Part shown: positions 12,710-26,110 of the stretch, one piece after another | Position numbering within the stretch: the stretch's first letter is position 1 | Layout: every line of letters begins with the position of its first letter | NCBI RefSeq assembly: GCF_001194135.2 | Contig: NC_068981.1 | Span: forward strand, 188,447,326-188,511,325 | DNA from: Octopus bimaculoides | Lineage: Eukaryota | Reading direction: 5' to 3' | Length of the DNA stretch: 64,000 nt | Made by a program: the position numbers and the translations under genes | The notes under the pieces: model-generated | Told to the model about the DNA's origin: nothing | Database searches by the model: none | Seen by the model: the letters and a program-made list of their open reading frames with translations, nothing else

Positions 12710-13178
12710 TATATATTGGTGGCAACATGGGCAAGTGTTTTCTACTATAGCCACGGGCCGACCAAAGCCTTGTGAGTGCATTTGGTAGATGGAAACTGAA
12801 AGAAGCCTGTCGTATATATATNNNNNNNNNNNNNNNNNNNNNNNNNNNNNNNNNNNNNNNNNNNNNNNNNNNNNNNNNNNNNNNNNNNNNNNNNNNNNNN
12901 NNNNNNNNNNNNNNNNNNNNNNNNNNNNNNNNNNNNNNNNNNNNNNNNNNNNNNNNNNNNNNNNNTGTGTGTGTGTGTGTGTGTGTTTGTTTGTCCCCCG
13001 ACCATCGATGGACAACCGATGTTGGTGTGTTTACGTCCTCGTAACTTACCGGTTCGACAAAAGCGACCGATAGAATAAGTACTAGGCTTACAAAGAATAA
13101 GTTCTGGGGTCGATTTGTTTGGACTAAATGTGGTGCTTCAGTATGGCCGCAGTCAAATGACTGAAACAAGTAAAAATA
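12710..13178 (+). mobile_element. SINE family A spanning an assembly gap
   Basis: gggcaagtgttttctactatagcc...gaaactgaaagaagcc-(TA)-gap-(TG)n...gtcaaatgactgaaacaagtaaaa. Confidence 0.85.
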
Positions 13179-13355
13179 TATATATATAAAGTGGTGGTAT
13201 GCTGTCAACTTAATGTGACAGTCCCATGAAAAGGAATAATACTACTGCTATTTAGCCCGAGGAAGCAGCACCGCTTCCTGCCGGCCTTGACACATTTACT
13301 GTCTCCTTATGTTTACAAAAGAGGAGATAAGCACCTCCACCCAGCTAAACCAGCA

Positions 13356-13398
13356 TTCAGAGACTAGTTTCTGAGTCATTGCTCGTCATCAGTCTGGA
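13356..13398 (-). ncRNA. Candidate minimal type I hammerhead ribozyme
   Basis: Minus strand: UCCAGA CUGAUGA C-GAG-CAAUGA-CUC-A GAAA CUA GUC^UCUGAA. Intact CUGAUGA and GAAA core, GUC cleavage triplet, palindromic ACUAGU stem III, stem I CAGA/UCUG; C-A mismatch at the base of stem II. Confidence 0.6.
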
Positions 13399-13549
13399 GT
13401 AGCATGGCTTACTTGCTGTCGATGTCTATCTGCCTTTGTAAACATACAATAATTCTAGTGAAATACATTCACTGATATATATATATTCAGAAAATAAATT
13501 TCTTGCGATGAGTGGAACATATGCTTCGAAATTTCGACTCGTTTCGAGT

Positions 13550-15350
13550 GTTCCTTTGTGAGCCAATGATTCATGATTGCTGGAGGCAATTCAGTATAGG
13601 CTTAGTTTACGATGCAATAAATATTTTCCAGAGTTTTGCTTTTTCAAATGTTAAAATTTAGCGGTTTCAATACAAGCATTATTGTCTCTGTAATTATGTT
13701 CTCTTAATGGTTCGATAATGGAATCTACCTGTGTGTGGATTCCCACAAGATGAGGCATTTCATAATATTGGTCACATTTCCAAGGAACGTGTTCAACATT
13801 TTTTTTATTATAACAAATTATCAATGCTTTTTTGGGGATGTTTTTGTTCGTTTGCTCACAGCATATTTGGAAAACCTTTTAAATGGAGTTACTTTTTATT
13901 AACTTTTAAATTGCCCGATAGAATATATAGTTTATTTCATTCTTCTTACATTCAAACATCAGGAAGAAATGACGTATTAAAAAATAAGAGTGAACTAATA
14001 AAAGTATTATGTCCTTTTCATTTCCATGTGAGCGTAGAAACAGAAAATCTTTCACTTTCTGCGTGCTTGATACTGAGTTTACTGGCGATGTAATTATCTC
14101 GCAAAGAAATTACATATATATCGGCTTGCAATGAATCAATAATGAACCCTATGATTCAATCTACTTTATTTGGATTGTAATTTGAAAGTTCAATTGTTTT
14201 TGTGCTGGATTGTAGTTTCACCATTTGTGTAATACTTCTTTCTGTCCAGTCATGAGAGTCAAGGTTCTTTGCGCCGTTTACCCGCTCTTGGTTCAATTTC
14301 ATCACTTTGACATTCAGATCTCTGGGCAAAAGGCATATCATGTCTATAACGTTCATAGAGAGATATCTGCCGCCAACCAAACGCCCGCTCACGCTGTCTT
14401 TGGTCGACGATCTCCACCCATGTAGGAAATACATCCGTTGTAAGCAGACGTGTTGCTGTGCCACGCTGTGATTTCTTGAGTATGATGTACTGATCACATC
14501 TATTACGTTTAGGATTTCAACTAGTGAGATCAGGCAGGCATCGTTCTCTGAGACAAGTGTTGACCGTTTGGCGAAGCCAGTGTAGCAGTGCCCTAACCCA
14601 CCACACTTGCCCTTAATAACAATACATGTCGCGGATCTAGTTGGTTTGGCTGCCAGCATCAATTTCTGTTGGAATTGATTTCATATTCAGTATAATGATA
14701 CACTTCTATAGGCTAATTAATGAGCTGAAAATTATTTTCGCAATAAAGAGTTATTAGCAATTAAAGTTTGAAAATTTTGGGTAATTCTAACCAATTGTAA
14801 GCCATAGACACATTCACGCCATAGTAATAAGCCAAGCACGAGAACTCTTTTGTTAGCGAGAAAGCACGTGTGTTGACAAATATATTCTACGCGATGTCAC
14901 TTGCGTTGACGTTGTGAACTGTTGCTTGTCCCCATCTGTTGCATGTATCCTGATCGTGAGAAGTGCTAAAATTAGCAGCTACATAAGCCTTAAATTACGC
15001 CTATTGCATAATCGTATGAATTCCCGTGTGTAGAGTACAAATTCGCAAACATTTTTGGGAAAATTCCAAATTCTAAAAAAGTTATGAGGGGTTGTATGTT
15101 GTCCGTTAAGCAAAATTTGATTTGTTTACAGTTTCATTTAAAAACACGTGCCATTTTCAGAATGGCACAAAATGACTGCTTCCAAATCCTGTTTCCTGAC
15201 TGGGTGAAAATGATCAAACTTTAAGCCTCTATAACTTGTTAAAAACATTTTTCTGCGAAAAGTGAAATAACTCCAGCAATTCAGCTTGGAAAAGTATATT
15301 AATGTGCCAAATTTTAAAATTGTATCGAAAATTAGCCTGAGCTAATTTTA
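13550..15350 (-). mobile_element. Degenerate DNA-transposon-like region, possibly a piggyBac-type transposase relic
   Basis: CpG-rich block; minus-strand YMGG-(frameshift)-IVDQR...MNVIDMICL resembles piggyBac YNxxMGGVDxxDQ...LIDMA; boundaries approximate. Confidence 0.25.
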
Positions 15351-16089
15351 GGAGTGTACGAATCCGTTCTGGTGACTTAGCTATATCGGCACTATCGACA
15401 AGAGGCTGTTTAATTTGGGGTTTCTGTCAGATGAGCTACAAGTAAAATGTTTCTTCTCTGAAGTATTCAAAATATATAAAGGAAAAAAAAAAAAAACATT
15501 AGAAGCATACCGTCCGTGAAAAATTCGATTTTCTCTCCCAGCTTGAAAAGAAAGTAACCAGATGATGTCAACATCCGTCCGTTAATTCTTGTTCCAGAAA
15601 GATAAAAAGAAATAATTTGATAAGTGAGTGTAAAAGGACATTTGGCAATTACTGCATATCGTTTACGAAAACGAAATNNNNNNNNNNNNNNNNNNNNNNN
15701 NNNNNNNNNNNNNNNNNNNNNNNNNNNNNNNNNNNNNNNNNNNNNNNNNNNNNNNNNNNNNNNNNNNNNNNNNNNNNNNNNNNNNNNNNNNNNNNNNNNN
15801 NNNNNNNNNNNNATTCAGTGCCTCATGTTTTGAGTTTAATCCCATCACTGTCAACATTTTCTGTTCAAAAAAGTTCTATAACTGCATAGGAAACAAATTT
15901 GTAAAAAGAAAGGAAAATAAAAAAACACACACATACAACAAAAATTTCCGATTAAATCTCCTTTTTTATTTTATTTATTTATTTATTTTTTTTTTTTCAA
16001 GATTCTAATTTGTTTTATTTTTCGTTTGCCTGTGTAGTTTTGTTTTAGTCATCTCTATTTAAAGAGAAAAAAAAAAAAAGCACTGATTG

Positions 16090-16650
16090 AAAAACTAGTC
16101 GGTTGTCATGAATTTCTGCATTAAGAAGGAACAAGCATAAAGTGAGAAGGTTTCGTGAAAATTGCGCAAACACGACCTGACGACAAAGACTTCTTAAGAT
16201 AATACAAATTCAACAGTACCGTTTTATTTCCAGTTCTTGCAAAACAAAACAAGATATCTAGTCTTAAGACATCGATAAATTATTATTCTTTCCATTTCAG
16301 AAGCTTTTGATCAACTACAAACACTTTCATTCCAGATTTAACACGAAGCCGTTAGTGTGTGAAATAGCTCGTGCAACTTGCAACGTAGAGAGATACTATT
16401 ATTAATTTGACTATTCTAAGGGAAATAATCGGCTTCACTGAGCTAAAGACTAGACTCAATTGTGTAACCTGGGTGATGTTATTGACACCGATTGTGTAAC
16501 TGAGGAGTGAACGAACATTAATGTGGTGATTGCATGTTTGTTTACACTAATTATCATTGTTGCAATACATCATAACTTCGAAATTATCTGTAGTCAAGCC
16601 AGAATTCAGTGAGCCACGATGTCTGTAAAATTTTTCCATTTAACAATGAT
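16090..16650 (+). promoter_or_regulatory. Candidate promoter at the CpG-rich/CpG-poor boundary
   Basis: Last CpG-rich non-repeat block before long CpG depletion; DRE-like CATCGATA (16270), C/EBP-like ATTGCGCAAA (16161), ATTGTGTAAC twice (16459, 16491). Confidence 0.25.
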
Positions 16651-16959
16651 TGAAGTGATTAGTCCGGTACCATCAGACATTTCTGAGATAATCAAATTGC
16701 ACAACAACATGCTGCAATCAGTATTGTTGAACAACTATCCAACAGAAGTTTTCCCATGTCCTTGTTTTAAATTACCTAATCAATGAATGTTGTAACTAAA
16801 TCTTTCATAGTTCATTCTAATAGCTTAAAAATGGATGAGAACACTGGAGAAATCAGAAAGTTGGATAGTTATGGCTTAAATGCTGGTTGGACAATTAAAC
16901 TTATTGATTCAATCTAATGATGTTGCGTTAAAAGGAGTCTAACGATGAAGTATTAAACT

Positions 16960-17017
<58 letters not shown>

Positions 17018-17530
17018 TTTCTGTCAAACATATTCCTATAGTTTTTTTTTTTGTGAAATTATTTGGAACACAATCAGTTTCTTCTGAAGACAAGGTTCCA
17101 GAAAAAAAATCTGTCAGCAAAGTTTCACCATGGGGCTACAATATAATGAGCAAATAAGATGAGACACTAGAATGTAGCAGCCGATTTGCTGTGCATGTGG
17201 TAATTTGAGTAGAAAAATGTATGCTCAAAGTATGAACTATTCATTTTTCTTTCTTAAATAATAAAAAAAATATCAGCTCTTAAAAAGAAAACACACGTTC
17301 TAGAATCATTTAAAAAAACAAATTTTTCTCAGGGTAAATATTCAATTTTAACCATCAGTAAGTGTTTGCTCAAATATGACATAGATCGGTAATTATCTCA
17401 AAAAAATTTAGATCCACCTATAATTATTTTACTACATTTCTTCTGCTGCAACCTTTTCAAAGTTGTAATGTTACTATATGAAGTTGCCATAGCAATCGTC
17501 GCAGAAAATATTTCTTCATGTGTTTCTTAG

Positions 17531-17569
17531 GAACTAGAAGCATATCTTAAATGTCTTCAGACAAATCAG
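17531..17569 (+). CDS. Candidate 39-nt exon (ELEAYLKCLQTNQ, or start codon at 17551 giving MSSDKS)
   Basis: gtgtttcttag| acceptor and CAG|gtattt donor. Confidence 0.3.
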
Positions 17570-18850
17570 GTATTTCTTTGTCCTGTTATTGTTTTAAATA
17601 TTCCTCTTTTACCAGCTAAATTTCATATTGTAACAAAATACTAATTGCAGTATCATATTTACTTTAATTTTTCTTTTTAGAAAATGATCTCATCAATATG
17701 TTTACTTTCTATTCATCTCAAGTAGAAAATATCATAAACATATCACAAATAATAAACCTGATAACAGAAAAATATTATTTTACTCTGCTGCTGCTGCTAC
17801 TTGTTTTTGCTTTCCCTTATACTTTTCTTTCCATCCTTCTCTTAAAACCATTGTAATCTTTCTCCCAGCACTTCTCCTTGACTTCTTGTTTTGGATATTC
17901 TCACATGTTCTGTCATCATCACTCTCCTTCATTTTCCCTACTGCTAAGTTTTTCTACATTTTTGCTCCATTCTCTTTTCCTCCTTCATCATTCATTCTTG
18001 GAACACAATGATAATGGATCACCACCATTTACATTAATTCCCAATGAGGTTTCTATTAACGCTAAATAATAATAAATTTCAATCCACTTATATTAGTGTG
18101 TGATTGTCGTCATTAGACATTTTACATTCACTCCCCGTTATCTTTTCTCAAATATACTTCCTTTACTTTTGTTTTGTTGTTTCTCAAAACAGTTCTTCTC
18201 TTTATATTTATTATCTGAAAAAAGAAAAAAAAAATGATCTGAAAATTAAACTGGTAATACAATTGATGACAACATCTAAAACAACCTGGATTGGTGCCAA
18301 ACTGTTTTATACGATAAGGCCAACTATTTGCATCCCACCAAAAAATTTACCAACTTTGATTTTCAAAATCAAATGTTTTAGCGAAAAAAATAAAATAGAA
18401 ATTTGAAACTACTGAATTTATTTTAGAAAGCAAAAATAGCACCAATCTTTGATCAATTGTTTTCAAATACAAAAAAAAAAAAATATTAGCACACAAATCA
18501 TTTTGAAAGAGTGTTTAGTTGAATGCATTTTTCTCTCAAGACAATATAAAATTAAAACCTTTTCCTTCTCACATACCTATTAAGGTTAATTGATGAAACC
18601 AACCCATTATCACAACAATGAGCAGAGAAGTAAACAAAAATCATTGTTAAAAAATGTAACTTCCATGGCAGAGGAATTCTTGTGAATTGAGTTGTTAATA
18701 TTTGTCATTTGTTTCCAGTCTAGATGCACCAAAATCTCACTTGCTATGCTTTGAATTTGTAGCATTTGTCACCAGTTGAATCAAATAAATTGCTGCTGAT
18801 TGGGCATGCTCAATTGATGTAAATTCCTAGGTACTAGTTTCTTTTTACAG

Positions 18851-18865
18851 CATTGTTGAACATAT
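18851..18865 (+). CDS. Candidate 15-nt microexon
   Basis: tttctttttacag|CATTGTTGAACATAT|gtaagt; joins 17551-17569 in phase as MSSDKS-ALLNI. Confidence 0.35.
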
Positions 18866-19203
18866 GTAAGTTTTTATAAATTTGTACTATGATAAACTTA
18901 GCTCACCATTAGCAGGTGATACCAACTGTGTGAGAGGATCGATAGAGTAATGGAAACATTAGATACATTACGCAGGAATTTGTTGTGTGAAGGAACATGA
19001 TCCTTGTGGTGGTACAGACATTAGAAGCTGTTCAACTACTGCTTAGAGTTAGCAATTTTCTGGATTATGTCAAGGACCTTATATTCTACATTTTTTGTTT
19101 TTTGGTGGTGGGGAGCCATTTAATGGTATTTGTTATAACATTTGACAATGAAGATTCATAATTAACAATTCTTTTTGTTCACATTGTCCAAGAAAAGCTT
19201 CTG

Positions 19204-19455
19204 TCATAAAAGCACATCCTTTAGTGGAACAAATCTCAAAAAATGTTCTCTTATGATACTTTCAGGCTCAAATATTTCATTATCTGATCGTTTGATTAAA
19301 CCAACAAAATACATAATCATTGTAATTTTCACAATATAACTAGCAGCATCTGAGCTGTCCAGAATAATTGAAGAGCGGAGTTTGTATGTGTCAAAGCTAC
19401 TTGCTAAATACTGCATAAATTCATTTTGAATATTCATTAACTCATGATAGATCAA
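19204..19455 (-). pseudogene. hAT (ZMYM1-like/Tip100 group) transposase relic
   Basis: SIILDSSDAASYIVKITMIMYFV...IIREHFLRFVPLKD resembles the hAT catalytic segment YxSIILDxTxDxSxxEQ...REHFLGFxPL. Confidence 0.5.
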
Positions 19456-19887
19456 AAGGGGCCAAATATTCTAAAAAGTGTAGAATACTAAAAAATTCCA
19501 TTGATAGTAATGTAACTTTTCATTTGTATCACAGAATGGTAAATCTGGCATTTTTCAGACAATGGTCATTGAGCTTTGCACAATTTATTGTCAATATTAT
19601 CCTGGCTTAATTTTTAGCTGGTCTTAACATCACTTGTTTATCCTTTAGGTAAATGTATTTTAAGTTCATCCCAGGTCTGCTAGGTTTCTAAATGGTCAAC
19701 ATTCCATATTTCTGAAGGAAGAATTGATCCAATGTTCTTCCTGTCTTCTGAGCTTATTCCTTGTAGGAATGATATACCATTTTTTCTTTTTTTAATTTGT
19801 TTTTCTTTTTCTCTGATCAGCTTCCAAAACAAAGAGTGTTTTTTTAAGGTTGAATATCTGAACCACTAACAATCTCCTTTTGAATTG

Positions 19888-20296
19888 TATTCTTTTACTT
19901 GTTTCAGTCGTTTGACTGTGGCCATACTGGAGCACTGCCTTTAGTTGAGCAAATCGATCCCAGAACTTATTCTTTGTAAGCCTAGTACTTATTCTATTTA
20001 TCTCTTTTGCTGAACTGCTAAGTTATGGGGACGTAAACACACCAGCATCGGTTGTCAAGTGATGTTGTGGGGACAGACACACGAACACACACACACGCAT
20101 ACACACATACATATATATATATATATACACATATACGACAGGCTTCTCCCAGTTTCCATCTACCAATTCCACTCACAAGGCTTTGGTCGGCCCGAAGCTA
20201 TAGCAGAAGACACTTGCCAAAGGTGCCATGCAGTGGGACTGAACCCATGACCATGTGGTTGGTAAGCAAGCTACTTACCCCACAGCCACTCCTGCG
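19888..20296 (-). mobile_element. SINE family A, full length
   Basis: Reverse complement of the 35266-type sequence including tRNA-like head (ggttcagtccc) and tail. Confidence 0.9.
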
Positions 20297-21892
20297 CAAA
20301 AGAAAAGTCACTTGTTTTCTGAGCAAATCTTGAGGAAAATCATGTGGTTTGTGTTGTATTACAAATTGTCGTGAATTATCACTGTAAAGATAGGGTCAGT
20401 TAACAGCCACTGTAATTCAAGTCTGGTTTGGCATTATCATCTTTAACAGACTTTGTACTATTCTTATTTTTTTTAACATGCACTTTTCCTTCTGTGTTTA
20501 TCAGATATGCCTTCAATTCGTGAAACTTCTGTCCACAGATTGTCCTTTTTTTTTAGTTGGAACTCTACATTCAACTTCCCCAGTGAAAGTTTACCAACAA
20601 AAGTTTTCTTCTTGATTTGCCTCCTCTACACAAAAGTATTTCAAGAAGAACTCTTCTTCTTTTGTTCCTTCTTATTTTTCTGCCTTTCTTTCATATGTGA
20701 TAATGAGATCTAGTACTGTTGTTTTTTTATTAATCATACGTCACTAGAAAACTAAAAATAAAATATGACATCATTGTACATTCCTGAAAACAAGTAGTTT
20801 TATTTTATTTCTAAATAAATATATAATGTGGTTGCTTTTGAGGGTCAGTATTATGCCTCTTTGAACTCTGCATGCAAGGCAAATGCCTAGTTAGCCTAAC
20901 AGGCCCTGATAAGAAAGATATAGTTTTATAGATATTTTTGCTCAGATAACAAAGAAAATTGATATTTACTGAGCAGGTACAAAAACAATTAAAAGTAAAA
21001 CAATTCAAAGGATGAATTATAAATTCTGAAATTTTTGTTTTCAACTGCATATTTTAGCAGATTAAATTATAGACTAGAGACAATTATTTAAGATTAACTA
21101 CCTTATAAAAGGGGAAAATATATAGTATATTTTTGGATTTAGATTGTCCTTTTAAAATATTTGTGTCCTATATTGCTTTATATACTAAAAAAATTCAATA
21201 TTTATGATTTAGCTAATTACTTCATTACTACTTCCTAGCAAATCAGGTAGATGACATCAAGCAAAACTTGTACTAAGATGAGTAATTATTTCAAAAACTC
21301 CTTTTTGAAATCAGATATCTGCAGTTAAAACAAATTACTTCTTTAGTAGTTCAGATTTACAAGCCTTTGTCTCAGCCTTTATGCAAGAAAAAAAAAAAGC
21401 AATAATTAGTTAGAAGTTCCCTTTGTTCAAAACATATATACACCCAATGATAATATTAGAAAAAAATGGCTTTTGTTGTAATATGATATAAATCAATATT
21501 TATTAATCTCATGCAATTGCAACAAACCTTGTTAATGGCTTCGTGTTTGTAGTCAAATGTCTCCATCAGTGAATGATTATCCTGTTTGACTTTAATGGAC
21601 AAGAAAATGAGAGAAAATGTGACTTGTATAATTTGATTTGGAGCAGTGAAACGAAATACTCCAGCCAAGGATCAATTCTATCTCACTGATTTAGCTGACT
21701 GAACTTGGGGAAAAAGCATTCAGGTATTCACCATTTTAAAAATCACGAAGGTAAACGTAATTGTAGTTACATATAAGAAACATGGCAAAATTAGGCTCTA
21801 TGAAATTGTTGTAGTGTATCCTGTTAAGTGTTGGATATTAATATCTATCTCCTTTAAAAGAGAAATAAAAATTAATATTTTGCTTTGTATAA

Positions 21893-22103
21893 AGTGGTGA
21901 GCTGGCAGAGCCATTAGCGTGCTTGACAAAACATTCAGTGGCATTTCATCCATCTTTATGTTCTGAATTCAAATTCTATCGAGGTTGAATCTGTCCTTCA
22001 TCTTTTCAGGGTCAATAAAACAAGTACCAGCTGAACAATGGGGTCAATGTAACCAATTATCCCTATCCCTGAAAATTTCTGGCCTTGTGCCTGTCATAGA
22101 AAA
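21893..22103 (+). mobile_element. SINE family D
   Basis: gtggtgagctggcagagccattagcgtgcttgacaaa...ctgaattcaaattc...ggggtcaat...ggccttgtgcct...agaaaag. Confidence 0.8.
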
Positions 22104-23127
22104 GAATATTTTGCCTTATAGGGTAAGATACCTCAGATAAATTAGTACATAAAAACATATACATCTTTATCAAAGGATGATAACATCTGCCCAGACAATT
22201 TCTACTCTTGTTAACAGCATTGTGGTTTTTCCTATTAAATATGGTTGTATGCATTGGGTTGTACCCCAGGTAAAGTTCGTCAATCTAATTATCCAAGTCA
22301 ATTTAGAGAAAAATCAGGTTTCCTTCTTCCATTGTTGCCGTGTTGTTGCCTGTATGTAGATAATCCATTTGTGGAAATAATTGTTCCTACAATACGAAAA
22401 ATCTGAATGTTTGCAAAATAATATCAAGCATTCCATTGAAACTACTGCTTAATAAGAATAGCAAACAAAAAAGAGTATTTTGAAGTATGGTTTAACAAAA
22501 CAGTCAATATTATTAAATTTGTTTGCCAAGCTTTGAGTTAGAAGCTACAACCTGTTCGATACAGCTGCAATTGCTGGCCAGTAATCCAGAACATTGGTTC
22601 TTTCACAACATTTGTAATTCTATGTACTATAGTCTGTCAATATAGTACATACACATTGACAAGATTGATATAATGTAAACAAGTGTCAGAGAATCTTTTC
22701 TTTGTTTATTGAAGCAAGGTCAAAACCCAGTGACTGGAAGTCTAAATATGTTATTGAAATTTGACGAGTTATTAATTATCTTTTTTTTTTTTTTTTTTAC
22801 ATAAACCTCGGTGCTGATATATAGCTTTTTACATGGACACTCAAACACACATTTATGTGATAGTCATTAGCATAGTTTTCATCTAAAAAATTTTGCTCAC
22901 AAGGCATTAGTCAACCCAAGGCTGTTACATGACACTCCTCAATGTGCTAAAGGATTGAACCCAGAATCTCTTTGTGATAAAGTAATTTCTGAACCACAGA
23001 TTATCTCTACACTTACATACACACACACACATATAATATTTGTGTGCATATGTGTCATCACCATCATATGCCCATCTTCCATACTGTATACAAGCATGCA
23101 TACGCATATATATATATATATATATAT

Positions 23128-23460
23128 GCTGAGACCCCCTTTAGTCATGACTGACCTTAGGATTGCACCTAGAAAATTACCCTCCGAGGCACAAGTCCGA
23201 GCAAGGTTGTTTATGGAAGACCAGCAGTCGCCCATCCAACCGGTCTCCCCTCTCCATGCCACCAGTGTTATCCAAGGGAAAGGCAAAGGCCGATACAGCT
23301 TGGCATTTGTGACGTCGCAACTCATTTTTACAGGTGAGTGAACTGGAGCAACGTGAAATAAAGTGTTTTGCCCAAAAACACAACACGCAGCCTGGTCCGG
23401 GATTTGAACTCACAATCTTGCGATCATAAGCTCGACACTCTAACCACTGAGCCATGTGCC

Positions 23461-23463
<3 letters not shown>
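23128..23463 (-). mobile_element. SINE family C, near full length, tRNA-derived head
   Basis: Minus strand gtgaaggcacatggctcagtggttagag (A box)...gagttcaaatcccgg (B box), then body; partial copies at 40680-40825 (-) and 43336-43380 (+). Confidence 0.8.
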
Positions 23464-23515
<52 letters not shown>

Positions 23516-23679
23516 GGTGGAAGACAAAGACACACACAATCACACTCATGCTTTCCTTGGACTATTTTTCCCTTCTCTCGGAGCCTTTCTGACACTCATT
23601 TTTTTCCCCATCTTTTCCCAACCTAATAATACATTTGCTGTGTACATCCTTTTGACTTTTGTTGATTTTATTTTTGATT

Positions 23680-23737
<58 letters not shown>

Positions 23738-24008
23738 NNNNNNNNNNNNNNNNNNNNNNNNNNNNNNNNNNNNNNNNNNNNNNNNNNNNNNNNNNNNNNN
23801 NNNNNNNNNNNNNNNNNNNNNNNNNNNNNNNNNNNNNNNNNNNNNNNNNNNNNNNNNNNNNNNNNNNNNNNNNNNNNNNNNNNNNNNNNNNNNNNNNNNN
23901 NNNNNNNNNNNNNNNNNNNNNNNNNCCTTTGAATCAAACTGTTTCGATCCATACATGTAACTCCCAATAAATGTGTTGAGTTCTCTTCTTTTGTTTGTCT
24001 ACTCACTC

Positions 24009-24059
<51 letters not shown>

Positions 24060-24064
<5 letters not shown>

Positions 24065-24222
24065 GGCTTTTTTCAGTTGCTGTCTACCTAATCCACCAAC
24101 AAGGTTTTGGTCAGCCCAAGGCTATAGTAGAAGATACTTGCCCAAGATGCCATGCAGTGGGTCTGAACCTGGAACTAGGTGGTTGGGAAGCAAGCTTCTT
24201 GCCACACAGCTATGCCTGTGCC
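24060..24222 (-). mobile_element. SINE family A, head half
   Basis: ttcagttgctgtctacc...cttgcccaagatgccatgcagtgggtctgaacc...ccacacagc. Confidence 0.8.
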
Positions 24223-25804
24223 ACTGTTGATATAGGTCAGAAATATTGAAAGGAATATATATCATCTTATTTTTTAATGATGCTATTTCAATCGTTTACA
24301 AAGTAAAATTGAAGTAAAGTTGTAAATAAAAAAAAACATACGTTTTTCTTTTGGATCAATAGATTTATTTGTGAGGACGAAGGTTCTACATGGATTGAAT
24401 AAAACGACAGAAAATTAATTCCCTCTTTATATTCTATATAATGTTGATAAAAACTTAGAAAGTGAATACATAGATCTCTTAGAAAAATAAACGAAGCTAT
24501 GCCATTTACAATCTTTTATAGTCTTATAAACATTCTAGACACAGAAATTACAATCTTATAAAGTTGCAGATATATCGTTTTTTTTCTTTTTTTGTCATAT
24601 ACTTCCTTATTTATTTTCTTTATTACTGGGATATGTGTTTTTATTTCTTGCCAGAACATTTTATTAACAAAAAAAAAAGAAAACCTCTGATAACTCTGAT
24701 AATTGTATGGATTTTGCTACCTATAATCATAGAAATTTATAAATATTTTAAAATTTATTATCTGTTTTATCAAGTTCATTGGTAGAATGATTTTTTTTTA
24801 AAAATCAATCTCCAAAACTAATAAATCGGCATGAACAAGGTTATTCTATGGAACAAAAATGTAAATAAATTTGTGCCACTGTTTTCATTACTGAATAGGA
24901 GCATTATATTTTATGTTGATATTATATTCTTCAGTTTTGCTATCTCTCAAAGGTTACATACAACCATTCATATTTTCTGTTTCTGTTAGTAAATGACAGC
25001 TTCATTTGCTGTGATTTTATGATTTGGAACATTTACAGTGATTCAATGGCAGCTACTGTTTCACTGTGTTTCTCTATAAGACGGAAAGAAAAATATATTT
25101 CCTCAGCCGAAATTGTCACAGACCTACATATGTGGTTGTATTATTCATTATCACTAATATATTTTATATAAGACATGTTAAGTACAACCATTGCTGTGTG
25201 GTTAAGCTCATTTCAGAACTACATTCACGACTTCATTCAAGTCCCATTGCATGGAACCTTGGATAAATGTATTCTACAGACGCAGACCAATCAATGCTAT
25301 ATGAATTTATTAGACAGAAACTGTTGGAAAGGAAGATATATTATCCTGTAGGATATGTGTGTGTGTACCATTTTATCTTTTACTTGTTTGTCATTGAACT
25401 GTGACCATGCTGGGGCATTGCCTTGGAGTATTTAGTCAAGCAAATTAACTCCAGCACATGTTCTAGTGCTTATTCCATTTGTGTGTCTTGCCAAACTGCT
25501 AAGTTATAGTGATTACAGGGGGAACAAACACAAACATATACACATTGGGCTTCTTTCAGTTTTCATCTGCCTAATTCACTCACAAGGACTGAATCCCAAA
25601 CTTGTATTATTCACACACACACACACACACACACACATAGCTATTCAGATGTTTGGCCTCACAGAGAGAATGACAAGGGGCCGAGACCTCTGGTGGTTTC
25701 CTGTGCTTCAGAAGAAGTGTCAAGCTAAGTAAAATTATGGTTGTCCTTGCATACAGGCATGTCCCCTACATCTATCTTCAGCTGAGCGATCTTAATCTTG
25801 CAGG

Positions 25805-26051
25805 CTTCTGGGTGTTGTGCCACATAAAAAGCACCCACGCTGGTGCCATGTAAGAGTACCCATGCTAGTTTTTGCATAAAAACTCTCAGTACACTCTGTA
25901 AAATGGTCAGGTTTAGGAAAGGCATCCAGCTGTAGAAAACAAGGCCAAAACAGACATGGAACCCAGGCAGCTCTTCAGCTGACCAACTCCTGTCAAACTG
26001 TCCAACCCATGCCAGCATGTAAAAACGACAACAAATGATGATGGTGATGAT
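25805..26051 (+). mobile_element. RTE-type 3' tail element (family R)
   Basis: aaaagcaccca...aggcatccagctgtagaaaac...gtccaacccatgccagcatg...(gat)n. Confidence 0.75.
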
Positions 26052-26056
26052 ATATA

Positions 26057-26108
<52 letters not shown>

Positions 26109-26110
<2 letters not shown>

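Noticed and set aside
16619-16786. 55-aa ORF MSVKFFHLTMIEVISPVPSD...
   Set aside because: No recognisable homology or supporting splice context; within chance expectation.
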